From Alphaproteobacteria bacterium (GTDB lineage: Bacteria > Pseudomonadota > Alphaproteobacteria > GCA-2731375): DNA of 64,000 nucleotides. Shown here in pieces: positions 1-8,734 of this stretch. The notes below the pieces were generated by a model, which searched no databases, was not told the DNA's origin, and saw only the letters and a list, made by a program, of their open reading frames with translations. Position numbers and translations under genes: made by a program. Every line of letters starts with the position of its first letter. Within the stretch, counting starts at the first letter, position 1. The stretch covers positions 6,176,001 through 6,240,000 of the forward strand of contig CBDDPY010000002.1 in the NCBI GenBank assembly GCA_965232515.1, in the 5' to 3' direction.

Positions 1-49
1 CTTGATGGCTGATCTGGGATTGATTTTAGATTGAGATCAGGGGGTAGGC

Positions 50-1555
50 GTGGCACTACGGCGGTTGTGGCGTGCCTTGGCGCTGGGCAAAGTGCAGCGG
101 CGTTCGCTGCCTACCTGCGCCCTGCTTGCTGCCACCGCATTTGCGACCGCTGCCGACGCGCAGGTGTATGTCGATCCCAGCGTTCTGAACGACTTGCAGA
201 GCCGGTTGGATGCGCAGGAGCGCATGCTGGAGCGGCAGCGCCTCGAGATGGAGCAGCAGCGACGCCAGCTGGAGCTGCTGCGCAGCCAGATCCTGCAACG
301 GCAACAACTCGATCAAATCCGTGGCGCCGGTCTGCCCCCCGCTCAGCCTTACGTTCAGCGGCCGATTCCGGCCGTGCCTGGCGCCGGGATTCAGACGACC
401 CAGGCCGCGCCGCGGCCCGTCGCGCCGGTGCCGGTAGCGCCGCAACCCGTGGCGCCGCAGCCGGTCGCCCCTCGACCCGCGGCGCCGCAGCCTGTCGCGC
501 CGCAGCCTGTCGCGCCGCAGCCTGTCGCCCCGCAGCCCGTCGCACCGCAGCCAGTCGCGCCGGAAACACCCCAGCCGGTCGAGACGCCACCGGTGGAGGC
601 GCCCGCGCCAGCGGCACCGACCGAGACCGCATCCACCGAGCGCGAGCCGGATCAGGGCGAGCAGTTATTGTTGGAGGCGGGCGGCATCCTGCTGCGGCCC
701 GGCCGGCTGCAGATCGAGCCGAGCCTGGAGTACTCGCATTTCTCCAGCGACCGCGTGGTGATCGCCGGCTTCACGATCTTCGAGGCCATCATCATCGGCA
801 CGATCCGGGTCGACGACCTGGAGCGCGATATCCTGACGGCCGGCCTGACGGCACGATACGGTCTGACCCGCCGCCTGCAGATCGAGGCGCGGGTTCCTTA
901 CACATATCGGCGCGACGACGAAATTCTCGGCGTCGGCACGGCCGACCAGGAAGACCGCCAGATCAGCGCCGACGGCATCGGCGATATCGAGGGCACGATC
1001 TCTTACCAGGCGCTGTTCCGGCGCGGTTGGATTCCAGACGCGATCGTCCGGGTGCGCGGCAAGGCCCGCAACGGGCGCGACCCATTCGACGTTGATCGCG
1101 AGACCACGACCGGCGGTACCGTGCGTCTGGACGAACCGCCGATCGGCAGCGGCTTCTTCGCGGTGTCGCCCGGCGCGACCTTTGTCTGGCGGACCGATCC
1201 GGTGGTGTTCTTCACTGGCGGCAGCTACACCTTCAACCTGGAGCGCGATTTCGGCGAGGAGTTCGGCGAGATCGATCCGGGCGACTCGATCCAGTATTTC
1301 GGCGGTATGAATATCGCGCTCAGTGATCGCGCCGCGATCAACTTCTCGTTCATCAACGAGTTCACGATGAAGACCAAGCAGGGCGACGTGAAGGTGCCCG
1401 GCACGGACACCAATGACGCCCGTGTCGTGCTGGGCGCGTCCGTGGGCCTGACGCAGAACATGTCGCTGCTGGTGTCGGCCGCGGCCGGGCTGACCGACGA
1501 GTCGCCCGACTTCCAGTTCACGGTCAGCGTGCCGATCAATTTCGATTTGTTCTAA
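50..1555 (+). CDS. fapF: FapF-like outer-membrane amyloid secretion channel
   Basis: Signal peptide (ATAADA-Q), Q/E/L/R-rich coiled coil, Pro-rich linker, then a beta-barrel with FapF-like segments (GGILLRPGRLQIEPSLEYSH, GIGDIE, PIGSGFF, GLTDESPDFQFTVSVPINF). Adjacent to a C39 peptidase and amyloid-repeat genes. Confidence 0.85.
   Translation: MALRRLWRALALGKVQRRSLPTCALLAATAFATAADAQVYVDPSVLNDLQSRLDAQERMLERQRLEMEQQRRQLELLRSQILQRQQLDQIRGAGLPPAQPYVQRPIPAVPGAGIQTTQAAPRPVAPVPVAPQPVAPQPVAPRPAAPQPVAPQPVAPQPVAPQPVAPQPVAPETPQPVETPPVEAPAPAAPTETASTEREPDQGEQLLLEAGGILLRPGRLQIEPSLEYSHFSSDRVVIAGFTIFEAIIIGTIRVDDLERDILTAGLTARYGLTRRLQIEARVPYTYRRDDEILGVGTADQEDRQISADGIGDIEGTISYQALFRRGWIPDAIVRVRGKARNGRDPFDVDRETTTGGTVRLDEPPIGSGFFAVSPGATFVWRTDPVVFFTGGSYTFNLERDFGEEFGEIDPGDSIQYFGGMNIALSDRAAINFSFINEFTMKTKQGDVKVPGTDTNDARVVLGASVGLTQNMSLLVSAAAGLTDESPDFQFTVSVPINFDLF
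407..556 (+). repeat. 15-bp coding tandem repeat, 10 x AP(Q/R/V)P(V/A), in the FapF linker
   Basis: Read directly: APRPV APVPV APQPV APQPV APRPA (APQPV)x5. Confidence 0.95.
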
Positions 1556-1579
1556 GGCGCGGCAGCCCAATCTTCTGAC

Positions 1580-1667
1580 CGTCATGCTGGCGTAGGCCAG
1601 CATCCACTGGCCGCGCAACACATTTGCGAGTCGACAAACTTGGATCCTGGCCTGCGCCAGGATGACG
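1580..1667. repeat. CGTC-tagged REP/RIME-like inverted doublet between convergent genes
   Basis: GTCATGCTGGCGTAGGCCAGCATCCA (1581-1606) and TGGATCCTGGCCTGCGCCAGGATGAC (1641-1666) are reverse complements at 23/26 positions. Each is itself an 8-bp hairpin. Confidence 0.75.
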
Positions 1668-1690
1668 AACGGGTCAGGCGTATCGGCGGT

Positions 1691-2698
1691 CTATTCGGTC
1701 TTGGCCGCGACCAAACCAGCTGACGCTTTTTCGGCGAAGCTGTTGTCGACGAAGCCGGCGAGCTTTGGCGCCTCGCGCAGAACCTGACCGATGGTCAGGC
1801 CCCAGCCGTTGTATTCGGCGTCGGCGATGTCGTTTTGGGTCCAGACGAAACGGTCGTAGCGGGTCATCTCGACCCATTCGCGCGCTTGTTCGTCGCGCAC
1901 GACCACGCCCTGGCGGTGGAAGAAGATGATCAGCAGCCGCGCCGCGTCGTCCGGATCCTCGTTGATGTAGTTCAGCGCGCGGACCCAGCCGTTGACGAAC
2001 CGCTGCACGGTAACCGGCGATTTTTCGATCATCTCATTGCGGGTGATCAACGCCTGCGCGCCGATGACGCCGAGGGTGCCGACGACCTGATCGGCGGTGA
2101 GCAGATGCCGGGCCTGACCGCCGTCGATCAGTACCTTGGTGAAGTGCTGCGATTCGAACACCGCGTCGGCGAGGTTGTTCTTGAAGGCGCTCGTCAGTTG
2201 GTCGGCGGTCAGCAGGCGGATCTGAACATCGCCGGGCTGCAGCCTGGCCTGATTGAGCAGGCGCATGAGCACCGGGAACGCTTCCGAACCGTTGCCGACG
2301 CCGACGGACTTGCCCTTCAGGTCGGCGACGCCGTTCAGATCCTGGTTGCTCTTCGGCACGACCAGCTCGGTCTTGGTGCCCCAGCCATTCAACGAAATCG
2401 CTTTGACCGGCAGGCTGGAGGCGGCGGCGACGAGAAACGTCCGTTGCGGCACGGCCGCGAAGTCGCTGGAGCCGACGCCTATGGAGCGCAAGGCCGCGGT
2501 GGCCGAGGTGATGGCCAGGCCGCTGACCAACAGGCCCTCCTCGCTGAACAGGCCGCGTTCGATGCCGACGATGGCCGGCAAGGCGTCCCAGCCGCTGCTG
2601 AACGACAGGCGTACCAGGGAAGACTCCTGCGCCGACGCCCGCACCGCGAACACGGCAATCAGCGCTGCGAGTACAACCGAAATCACTTGTCGTTTCAT
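1691..2698 (-). CDS. ABC-type substrate-binding protein, SsuA/NMT1/THI5-like
   Basis: Signal peptide, GLFSEEGL, ADLKGKSVGV, VQRFVNGWVRALNYINEDPDDAA. No permease or ATPase nearby. Confidence 0.8.
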   Translation of the reverse strand: MKRQVISVVLAALIAVFAVRASAQESSLVRLSFSSGWDALPAIVGIERGLFSEEGLLVSGLAITSATAALRSIGVGSSDFAAVPQRTFLVAAASSLPVKAISLNGWGTKTELVVPKSNQDLNGVADLKGKSVGVGNGSEAFPVLMRLLNQARLQPGDVQIRLLTADQLTSAFKNNLADAVFESQHFTKVLIDGGQARHLLTADQVVGTLGVIGAQALITRNEMIEKSPVTVQRFVNGWVRALNYINEDPDDAARLLIIFFHRQGVVVRDEQAREWVEMTRYDRFVWTQNDIADAEYNGWGLTIGQVLREAPKLAGFVDNSFAEKASAGLVAAKTE

Positions 2699-2743
2699 GG
2701 CCGACCGTCCTGACGCATTGTCGCTGCCGTTATTAGACGCCTC

Positions 2744-3559
2744 TTAGGGCGCCATGCTCAACACCGATTGCAGACCGGGGGCGGCGGCGAGGTCCTGCAC
2801 CACGTTGATCTGCACGAACAGATTGTTGTTCACGATGTTGAAGTCGCCGGGCACCTGGGTGATCTGGAAGATGCCGCTGGCGCCGTTCAGGTTGCCGACG
2901 ACGGTCTGGATGGTGACGTCGCCGTTGTTACCGACATTGACATCGGCCAGTGACGGCGCCGGCGCTGGCGGCCCGTTGACCACGAGGTTGCCGGTTGGAT
3001 TGCTGTTCGGCTGGATCGAGCCGCTGAAGATCACGCTGAAATCGAGGCCGTTGAAGGCACCGCGTTCGGTGGCCATCTCGCTCTCGTCCAACGCTGCCCA
3101 TTGCGGATTGAACACGGTCGCCGCGGCAAGGTGCCGGACGCCATCGATCGAACCCGCGGGCACACCATCGTCGGCGACGACCTCGACCAGGCTCGGCGGC
3201 AACGACATCACCCCCGACGTCGTGTCGTTTTTGGTCGATGTCGTACCATCGTCGGTCGGCGCGACCGGCGCGCGTTTGGCGAGCGTCGCCCAGTCGATCT
3301 TGGCGACGCTTGGCAGCTGCGCGACCTCGATCTCGACCTCGCCGCGCGACATCTCGACCTCTTTGGTCGTCACCGTCTGCGATTCCATATGGACGCGGAC
3401 GACGGGCACGAGCGCCGGCGCCAGCTCGGGCGGCGCCGAGGTCTGGGTTGTCGATGGTGGTGCGCAGGCGGCCAGCGTGAATAGCAGTGCGGCCGCCAAT
3501 GACCGCGGACGGGCGTTCGATCGCCGCCGCGGTTCAGTGTCTGGATTGGCGCATGGCAT
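2744..3559 (-). CDS. FapE-like protein with N-terminal lipoprotein signal
   Basis: Lipobox LAAC, internal LDESEMATERGAF motif, C-terminal GASGIFQITQVPGDFNIVNNNLFVQINV. Start overlaps the stop of the C39 gene (TGATG). Confidence 0.65.
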   Translation of the reverse strand: MPCANPDTEPRRRSNARPRSLAAALLFTLAACAPPSTTQTSAPPELAPALVPVVRVHMESQTVTTKEVEMSRGEVEIEVAQLPSVAKIDWATLAKRAPVAPTDDGTTSTKNDTTSGVMSLPPSLVEVVADDGVPAGSIDGVRHLAAATVFNPQWAALDESEMATERGAFNGLDFSVIFSGSIQPNSNPTGNLVVNGPPAPAPSLADVNVGNNGDVTIQTVVGNLNGASGIFQITQVPGDFNIVNNNLFVQINVVQDLAAAPGLQSVLSMAP

Positions 3560-4233
3560 CAGAATTCACCTGCCAGCGGCCGGATCGTCGCCAAGTTGCG
3601 ACTGAGCAGCATCATGATTTCTTCGGACGGCCCCTTCACGACCTGGCTGGTGCGGAAGGACTCGTCGCCTTGCCGTTGCTGATCCACGACCGCGAGGATG
3701 ATGTTTTTCCACTCGGATTCGAATTGGTCGAGCGGGCGGGACAGGTTGCCGAAGGCGGGATCTGCGATCAGAACCCGGCCATTTTCGACGCCCTTTACGA
3801 CAACGAAATGCGCATAGCCACGGGTGTTGATAAGGGTGATGACGGGCACTTTGAGCTGAAGCAGGTCGCGTACGTTGGCCAATTGAAAGCCGTCGGCCGC
3901 GTAACCGCGCGCTTCCGCCGCCTTTTTCATTTCGAGCATCGAGAAGCCGCGCTTCTGGATCTCCTCGACGTCGCCGGCCGCGACCATGTCGTCGATCAGT
4001 TCGCGTTCGGTGCGGGGGTCGCTGTAGAAGTAGGTGAACAGCGTCGCCATCGCCGCGGCGCCACAACTGACATCGAAACCCTGCCGCACCACATTCTTGA
4101 AGCGCAGACCGGCCATGCTCTCGACCGGCACATTGAGCACGGTGTTGCCCGGAATGGCAAAGGTTTGCGCGGCCGCCGGCGCTGACAGCGCGAATACGGC
4201 AAGCAGTACGGTTATGAGGCGCCGGGCGGTCAT
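3559..4233 (-). CDS. fapD: FapD-like C39 cysteine peptidase (exported)
   Basis: Signal peptide; VVRQGFDVSCGAAA (catalytic Cys), YAHFVVVKG (His), VLIADPAFGN (Asp). Confidence 0.9.
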   Translation of the reverse strand: MTARRLITVLLAVFALSAPAAAQTFAIPGNTVLNVPVESMAGLRFKNVVRQGFDVSCGAAAMATLFTYFYSDPRTERELIDDMVAAGDVEEIQKRGFSMLEMKKAAEARGYAADGFQLANVRDLLQLKVPVITLINTRGYAHFVVVKGVENGRVLIADPAFGNLSRPLDQFESEWKNIILAVVDQQRQGDESFRTSQVVKGPSEEIMMLLSRNLATIRPLAGEF

Positions 4234-5066
4234 TGCAGCGGCACCACATTGACCGACATCGCCAGCGCATTGCGCGCGATGTTGCCGTCGCCGGACGCCT
4301 GGCCGATCTGGGCGATGCCGCGGAAGTTGGTGAAGGAATCGGTGACGAAATCGCCGCGCGGCCGCTGCAGGCCATCCTCCTGGTAGATGGTCGTCAGATG
4401 GTTGTTCGCCACCTGCTCGTCGAGCGTGATCGCGTTCAGCGGCGACAGTGTCTGCGGGTTGTCGGCGATGCCGAGCGCCAGCGCGTTGGTTTGCTGGTTC
4501 AGGTTGCCGGCCGATTGATTGACGCCGACGATCCCGGTCGCGTTGTCGAAGCTGTTCATCACCGTATTGTCGCGGGCGACGTCGGTGACGGTAAGCCGGT
4601 TGTCGATCAGCCGGGTCTCGACAATGACCTCCTGCAGCTGCGTTTGATCGGCCGCCGTGCCGAGCGTGACGGCGCGCACATTGGCCTGATTGTTCAGGTT
4701 GCCGACTTCCTGATTGATGCTCATCATCCCGTGGGACTCGGAAAACGATTCGAAGATCGTGGTCCGACGCACCGGCTCCTCTGGCTCGCCGATGAACTTG
4801 ATGAAGGCCGGGTTGTCTTTAAACGTTTCGTAGTAGAGCGTGCCCGCGAGCGGATGCTCGACCTCGTCCTGCGTGATCGTGACGCGATTGCCGATCAGCG
4901 CCTGGTCGACCCTGGCGGTTGCCACCGCGGTGCTGCTGGAGAGCGCAGCGACACCGGCAATATCATTGACGCCAATGGACTGCGCACTTGCGGTAAGCGG
5001 CAGGATCGCCACGACGGCGACCGCGCCTGCCAGCGCAGCGTTGCGCCCTGGTCCTCTCCACGACAT
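4230..5066 (-). CDS. Fap-type amyloid subunit (FapB-like, probable minor subunit or nucleator)
   Basis: Signal peptide and three repeats, e.g. SFDNATGIVGVNQSAGNLNQQTNALAL, matching the FapB/C pattern S-x5-G-x3-VN-x3-G-x2-NQ-x-N. Confidence 0.8.
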   Translation of the reverse strand: MSWRGPGRNAALAGAVAVVAILPLTASAQSIGVNDIAGVAALSSSTAVATARVDQALIGNRVTITQDEVEHPLAGTLYYETFKDNPAFIKFIGEPEEPVRRTTIFESFSESHGMMSINQEVGNLNNQANVRAVTLGTAADQTQLQEVIVETRLIDNRLTVTDVARDNTVMNSFDNATGIVGVNQSAGNLNQQTNALALGIADNPQTLSPLNAITLDEQVANNHLTTIYQEDGLQRPRGDFVTDSFTNFRGIAQIGQASGDGNIARNALAMSVNVVPLQ

Positions 5067-5114
5067 TGCCCGTCACCAAAACCTGCTTATCCAAACGACT
5101 AAATGTCCCAAACG

Positions 5115-5150
5115 AATAAAAAGAGCGGGGAGGGGGCGAGCCCCCTCCCG
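5115..5150 (-). terminator. Intrinsic terminator/attenuator inside the amyloid operon
   Basis: 9-bp stem GGGAGGGGG/CCCCCTCCC with a 4-nt loop, followed on the minus strand by CUCUUUUUAUU, just after the 5164 stop. Confidence 0.75.
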
Positions 5151-5163
5151 AGCAAATAGCGGA

Positions 5164-6042
5164 TCAGATATTCGGTGCGCCGATCGTGACCTGCGACGTA
5201 AGCGCCGAGAAGGAAACGACCGAGGCCTGGTTGATGTAGTTGCCGGTGGTCTGGTTGACCGCCGTGATGCCGTTGTTGCCGGTGATCGATGCCGAGATGG
5301 TGTTCGACCGGGCGAAGTTCTCCTCGAACAACGTGTTGTTCTCGTTCTCCTGGCCCAAAGCCGACTCGGACAACGCGGCCGTGCCGTTGATGCCGACCGA
5401 CAGTGACACGGCATTGTGCTGGTTCACCGCATCGCCGGTATTCTGGTTCACGCCGACGATACCGCTGTTGCCGATCACCGAATTGGTCATGCTGTTGACA
5501 CGGGTTTCGTCGAACTTGACGACGACGATCGGCGGCTTGCCGGGTTCGTCGACCGTCTCGGTGCCGGTGTCGTTTTCGACCTGGACGAGGGTGTTGTCGT
5601 CGTTGTCCTGCTCGACCCACGCCTGCGCGTCGGCCGCCGACGATAGGCCGGTGGTCAGCGCGAAGGCCACGACGTTCCCCTGGTTGGCGAAGTTGCCGGC
5701 GTCCTGGTTCACGTGCGTGATGCCGGTATTGGCGTTGATCGAATCGACGATAACGGCGTCGAAATCGAGACCGAGTTCCTCCGAGCCATTGGTGTCATTG
5801 GTGACGAGCTCGTTCTCGGCGTTGACCACGGCCTCGGCTTCGGCCGCGCCTTCCGGCATGATCATCGACTCGACCTGAATGAACAACGCCTTGTCCTTCA
5901 GGATGTCCTCGTCGATGTTGATTTCCTTGTCCTTGTCGAGGAAGGCCTCGACATCGACATCAGCCATGGCCGACCAGGACGTTGTGCCAAGCAGCAGCGC
6001 CGTCGTCAGCCCCAGGCTTGCGTGTAAGAGCTTTCTCATCAC
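5164..6042 (-). CDS. Fap-type amyloid subunit (FapC-like)
   Basis: Signal peptide and three repeats: SINANTGITHVNQDAGNFANQGNVV, SVIGNSGIVGVNQNTGDAVNQHNAV, SITGNNGITAVNQTTGNYINQASVV. Confidence 0.85.
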   Translation of the reverse strand: MMRKLLHASLGLTTALLLGTTSWSAMADVDVEAFLDKDKEINIDEDILKDKALFIQVESMIMPEGAAEAEAVVNAENELVTNDTNGSEELGLDFDAVIVDSINANTGITHVNQDAGNFANQGNVVAFALTTGLSSAADAQAWVEQDNDDNTLVQVENDTGTETVDEPGKPPIVVVKFDETRVNSMTNSVIGNSGIVGVNQNTGDAVNQHNAVSLSVGINGTAALSESALGQENENNTLFEENFARSNTISASITGNNGITAVNQTTGNYINQASVVSFSALTSQVTIGAPNI

Positions 6043-6083
6043 TTAGGCTCCCTTCCGTATTCGCTAGGTTGCCGCGACCGGGC

Positions 6084-6875
6084 TTACTGGATCACCGCCG
6101 ACCCGAAGGCCACGATGTTGCCCTGGTTCGAGTAGTTGCCAACCGACTGGTTGACGCCCGTGATGCCGCTGTTGTTGGTCACGGACGTGGTGAGCGTCGC
6201 CAACCGGAAAGCGTTCTGCTCGGTCAGAACCAGCTCGAGATTCAGCTGACCGAGATCGGCTTCCGTCAGGATCGTGCCCGCGCCACCGGCGCCCGTCGTC
6301 ACGGCCATCGAGACGGCGTTTGCCTGGTTGCTGAACACGCCGACGGCCTGGTTGACATGCGTGATGCCGCTGCCGCCTTGCACCGAACCGGTGATCAGGG
6401 CTTCACGCTCCGTGCCGTCAACCGAGTTGAACGGGACGTCGCTGTTGATCTGCTGGGCATTGGCCTGCGCCTCGCCGAAGCTCGGATCGGCGCCCGTCGC
6501 CACGGCCGCGCTGACGGCGTTGCCCTGGTTCAGGAAGTTACCGGAGGCCTGGTTCACGCTCAGCACGCCGGTGTTGGTGTTCGCCGAGTTTTCGATCGTG
6601 TCGGTGCGGAAGGTCTCGACTTCTTCCAGCTCGTTGTTGTCGTTCTTCTGGTAGACCTGCAGATCCGACTCCGCGAACTTCTCGACCATGGCCATCACCT
6701 GCACCTGCAGGAATACGGCCTTGTCCTTCAGGATATCCTCTTGGATGTCCTTGTCCTTGAACTTGAAGATCTCGGCGTCGACGTCGACCTCGCCCGAGCT
6801 CTCCTCTTCTTGCGCCAGCGCCGGACTCGTCATGAGGAGCAGCGCTGCTGCAGTGCTCAAAAGCACGTTTCTCAT
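6084..6875 (-). CDS. Fap-type amyloid subunit (FapC-like), first gene of the operon
   Basis: ATG at 6875 with SD AGGAGG, signal peptide MRNVLLSTAAALLLMTSPALA, and three repeats: SANTNTGVLSVNQASGNFLNQGNAV, SVQGGSGITHVNQAVGVFSNQANAV, SVTNNSGITGVNQSVGNYSNQGNIV. Confidence 0.85.
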   Translation of the reverse strand: MRNVLLSTAAALLLMTSPALAQEEESSGEVDVDAEIFKFKDKDIQEDILKDKAVFLQVQVMAMVEKFAESDLQVYQKNDNNELEEVETFRTDTIENSANTNTGVLSVNQASGNFLNQGNAVSAAVATGADPSFGEAQANAQQINSDVPFNSVDGTEREALITGSVQGGSGITHVNQAVGVFSNQANAVSMAVTTGAGGAGTILTEADLGQLNLELVLTEQNAFRLATLTTSVTNNSGITGVNQSVGNYSNQGNIVAFGSAVIQ

Positions 6876-7021
6876 GCTTTTTCCTCCTGTTAAATACCGC
6901 TGGTTACCGGCGTTGGCAGTCACTAGGGTGGAAGCCATTCATGAAGCCCACGGGAACCAGCCCGACGGCCCGCCGACGACGGGCCCCGATGAAAGCAGAT
7001 CATTCGGAAGGGAGCGGCGCG

Positions 7022-7155
7022 TCTCCCAAATGGGGTAGCGGCGGCCATTTTTTTTGACACCGATACCCGTGCATGTCGGCTGACTGATGTCGGGGAACGT
7101 CGACAGCATTTTCGTCATCTGAACTTTGTCACCGCATGACCCTCATTTGGGGGTC
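7022..7155. promoter_or_regulatory. Two candidate LuxR-HTH operator palindromes upstream of the amyloid operon
   Basis: TCTCCCAAATGGGGTA (7022-7037) and GACCCTCATTTGGGGGTC (7138-7155). The same core recurs at 9972-9988. Confidence 0.5.
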
Positions 7156-7416
7156 GCGGCCCGACGGACCTTTGTCTAGCGTGCGGCAACGACAGCGTGA
7201 CGATTGCCGGATTTTGCATCTCTCGACCGCACGGCAATCAGGTGTGCCGGGATTGGCCCCGCGCGCAGAAGGACCTCGCCAGTAAAGGCGTATTGCTGTC
7301 CCAGCGCGCAAGGCCGTCGTGTGTCAGTGTTGATTTGGCCTGTACGGAATTGCGCGTGCGTTGGGGAAACGTGTGGCAGTCCCATGTTCGCGCGTCGATC
7401 TGATGGGATGGGGGGT

Positions 7417-7608
7417 GTGATACAGGCAAACGACAATGAAAAGTCAATTGGCCCATTGACGGCCAAGGAATGGCTCGAACTCGACCACTGGTCGTTTCAG
7501 GAATTGCCGCGGCATGCCTACGCGTTGTTCACGAAGCTGCTTGACGCGCACAAAGTTCCGATCGAACGCTGGCATAGTCAGGATGCGGCCGATGGCCCCG
7601 AGCGCTGA
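7417..7608 (+). CDS. 63-aa microprotein A (paralog of 11522..11713)
   Basis: GTG start inferred from collinearity with the paralog (an alternative ATG lies at 7408). 33/63 identical residues, ungapped. Confidence 0.75.
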   Translation: MIQANDNEKSIGPLTAKEWLELDHWSFQELPRHAYALFTKLLDAHKVPIERWHSQDAADGPER

Positions 7609-7662
7609 CGAAGGTCGATGGCAAATGCCGAAGCTCGTCCGGATACGACGGGTCGCCGCGCG

Positions 7663-8442
7663 CTAGTCTGTCGCCAGGCGCGCATGGAGCGCTTGCAGCA
7701 ACCGCGAAAGCTCGCTTTGACGCCCGGTACCGGTCTTGTCGAACATGTGCTTCAGATGCGTGCGCGCCGTTCCGGTGGTCACACCGAGTTTTTCGGCGGT
7801 GAGATCCAGCCTGTCGCCGCCGGCCAACAACGCCGCAATCTGGCTTTCCGCCGGCGTCAGACCAAAGAGCTCTTCGAGATCGTGGGGCGGCAACGATACC
7901 GGCCGTTCCGGATCGGCAACGAAGACCACGATCGGATCGTGATCGTCCAGGTGCGACGGGTCTTGTCGCTGCAGCCGATATGCGGCGAGTAGAAGCGGCT
8001 GCCGATGATCGTGGCGGTCGATTGCGAGCACGTTCGTTGCCGGATCATCGTCACCGCGCGATCCGTCGCGAACACAGGCGACCATCCGGGCGAGTTCGCC
8101 CGCCTGCGTCGAACTGTCCACGCTCAGTCGACCGGCCGTGATCGACAGCCCGTCATCCTGCGCCACGATCTCATTCACGTATCTGTTCGACCAGAAGACA
8201 TGTTCCTGACGGTCGAGCAGTGCGACGCCAATCGCCAGCCTGTCGAGTGCCGCCGTGACGGCGGTTGTGAATTCGTCTGACGCAGCTGCTGTGCGTGCAA
8301 GATCATCGAGACGGTCGGTCAGAAGCCGACGCTGAGCCGCATCGACCGGGAGGTCCGCGATTTCATCAATGAGCTGAGAGATCGCAACCTGCAGCCGGTG
8401 CGTCGATGCGACCGTATCCGCTCGCTGACGCCCCACGCTCAT
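7663..8442 (-). CDS. PAS-like/LuxR-HTH transcriptional regulator (paralog 1)
   Basis: ALDRLAIGVALLD...WSNR PAS-like segment; C-terminal FGLTPAESQIAALLAGG...GVTTGTARTHLKHMFDKTGTGRQSEL. Confidence 0.9.
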   Translation of the reverse strand: MSVGRQRADTVASTHRLQVAISQLIDEIADLPVDAAQRRLLTDRLDDLARTAAASDEFTTAVTAALDRLAIGVALLDRQEHVFWSNRYVNEIVAQDDGLSITAGRLSVDSSTQAGELARMVACVRDGSRGDDDPATNVLAIDRHDHRQPLLLAAYRLQRQDPSHLDDHDPIVVFVADPERPVSLPPHDLEELFGLTPAESQIAALLAGGDRLDLTAEKLGVTTGTARTHLKHMFDKTGTGRQSELSRLLQALHARLATD

Positions 8443-8644
8443 GAAATGCCCATCCCGGCATTTTGTTGTGGTTTGTTCTGCACGCGGCCCGAACCCCGAT
8501 GGCGCTTTATTGCTCCCAGACGCATTACTGAAGCAAACGAAGAGCCGACGTGATGTTCAGTACAGATGCAGCATTTACTACTTATATTAGTTTTAGTTCG
8601 AATATAATATTCGTCAGCCCTGAATATTCTCTACCTGTAGTATT

Positions 8645-8661
8645 AGCAAGCAGTGTGCCAA
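8645..8661 (-). promoter_or_regulatory. Sigma-54 (-24/-12) promoter for regulator paralog 1
   Basis: Minus strand reads TTGGCAC-ACTGC-TTGCT, an exact TGGCAC-N5-TTGC match. Confidence 0.8.
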
Positions 8662-8734
8662 ACGTGGTTAATTCCAATTTATCTTCCTGAACAACGCCTT
8701 AAGACCGGCCGTGTGCTGCCGTGGGGCAAGAAAG

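Noticed and set aside
407-556. Possible CRISPR-like array
   Set aside because: Contiguous in-frame 15-bp units with no spacers and no cas genes.
391-636. Minus-strand ORF with (GATGC)n Cys repeats resembling a RiPP precursor or metallothionein
   Set aside because: It is the reverse complement of the APQPV repeat in fapF.
7234-7249. Possible sigma-54 promoter for the amyloid operon (GGCAC...TTGC on the minus strand)
   Set aside because: GG-to-GC spacing is 11 nt, not the required 10.
7204-7416. N-terminal extension of the 134-aa ORF (likewise 11459-11521 for the paralog)
   Set aside because: Similarity between the paralogs begins only at the GTG codons that give equal 63-aa lengths.
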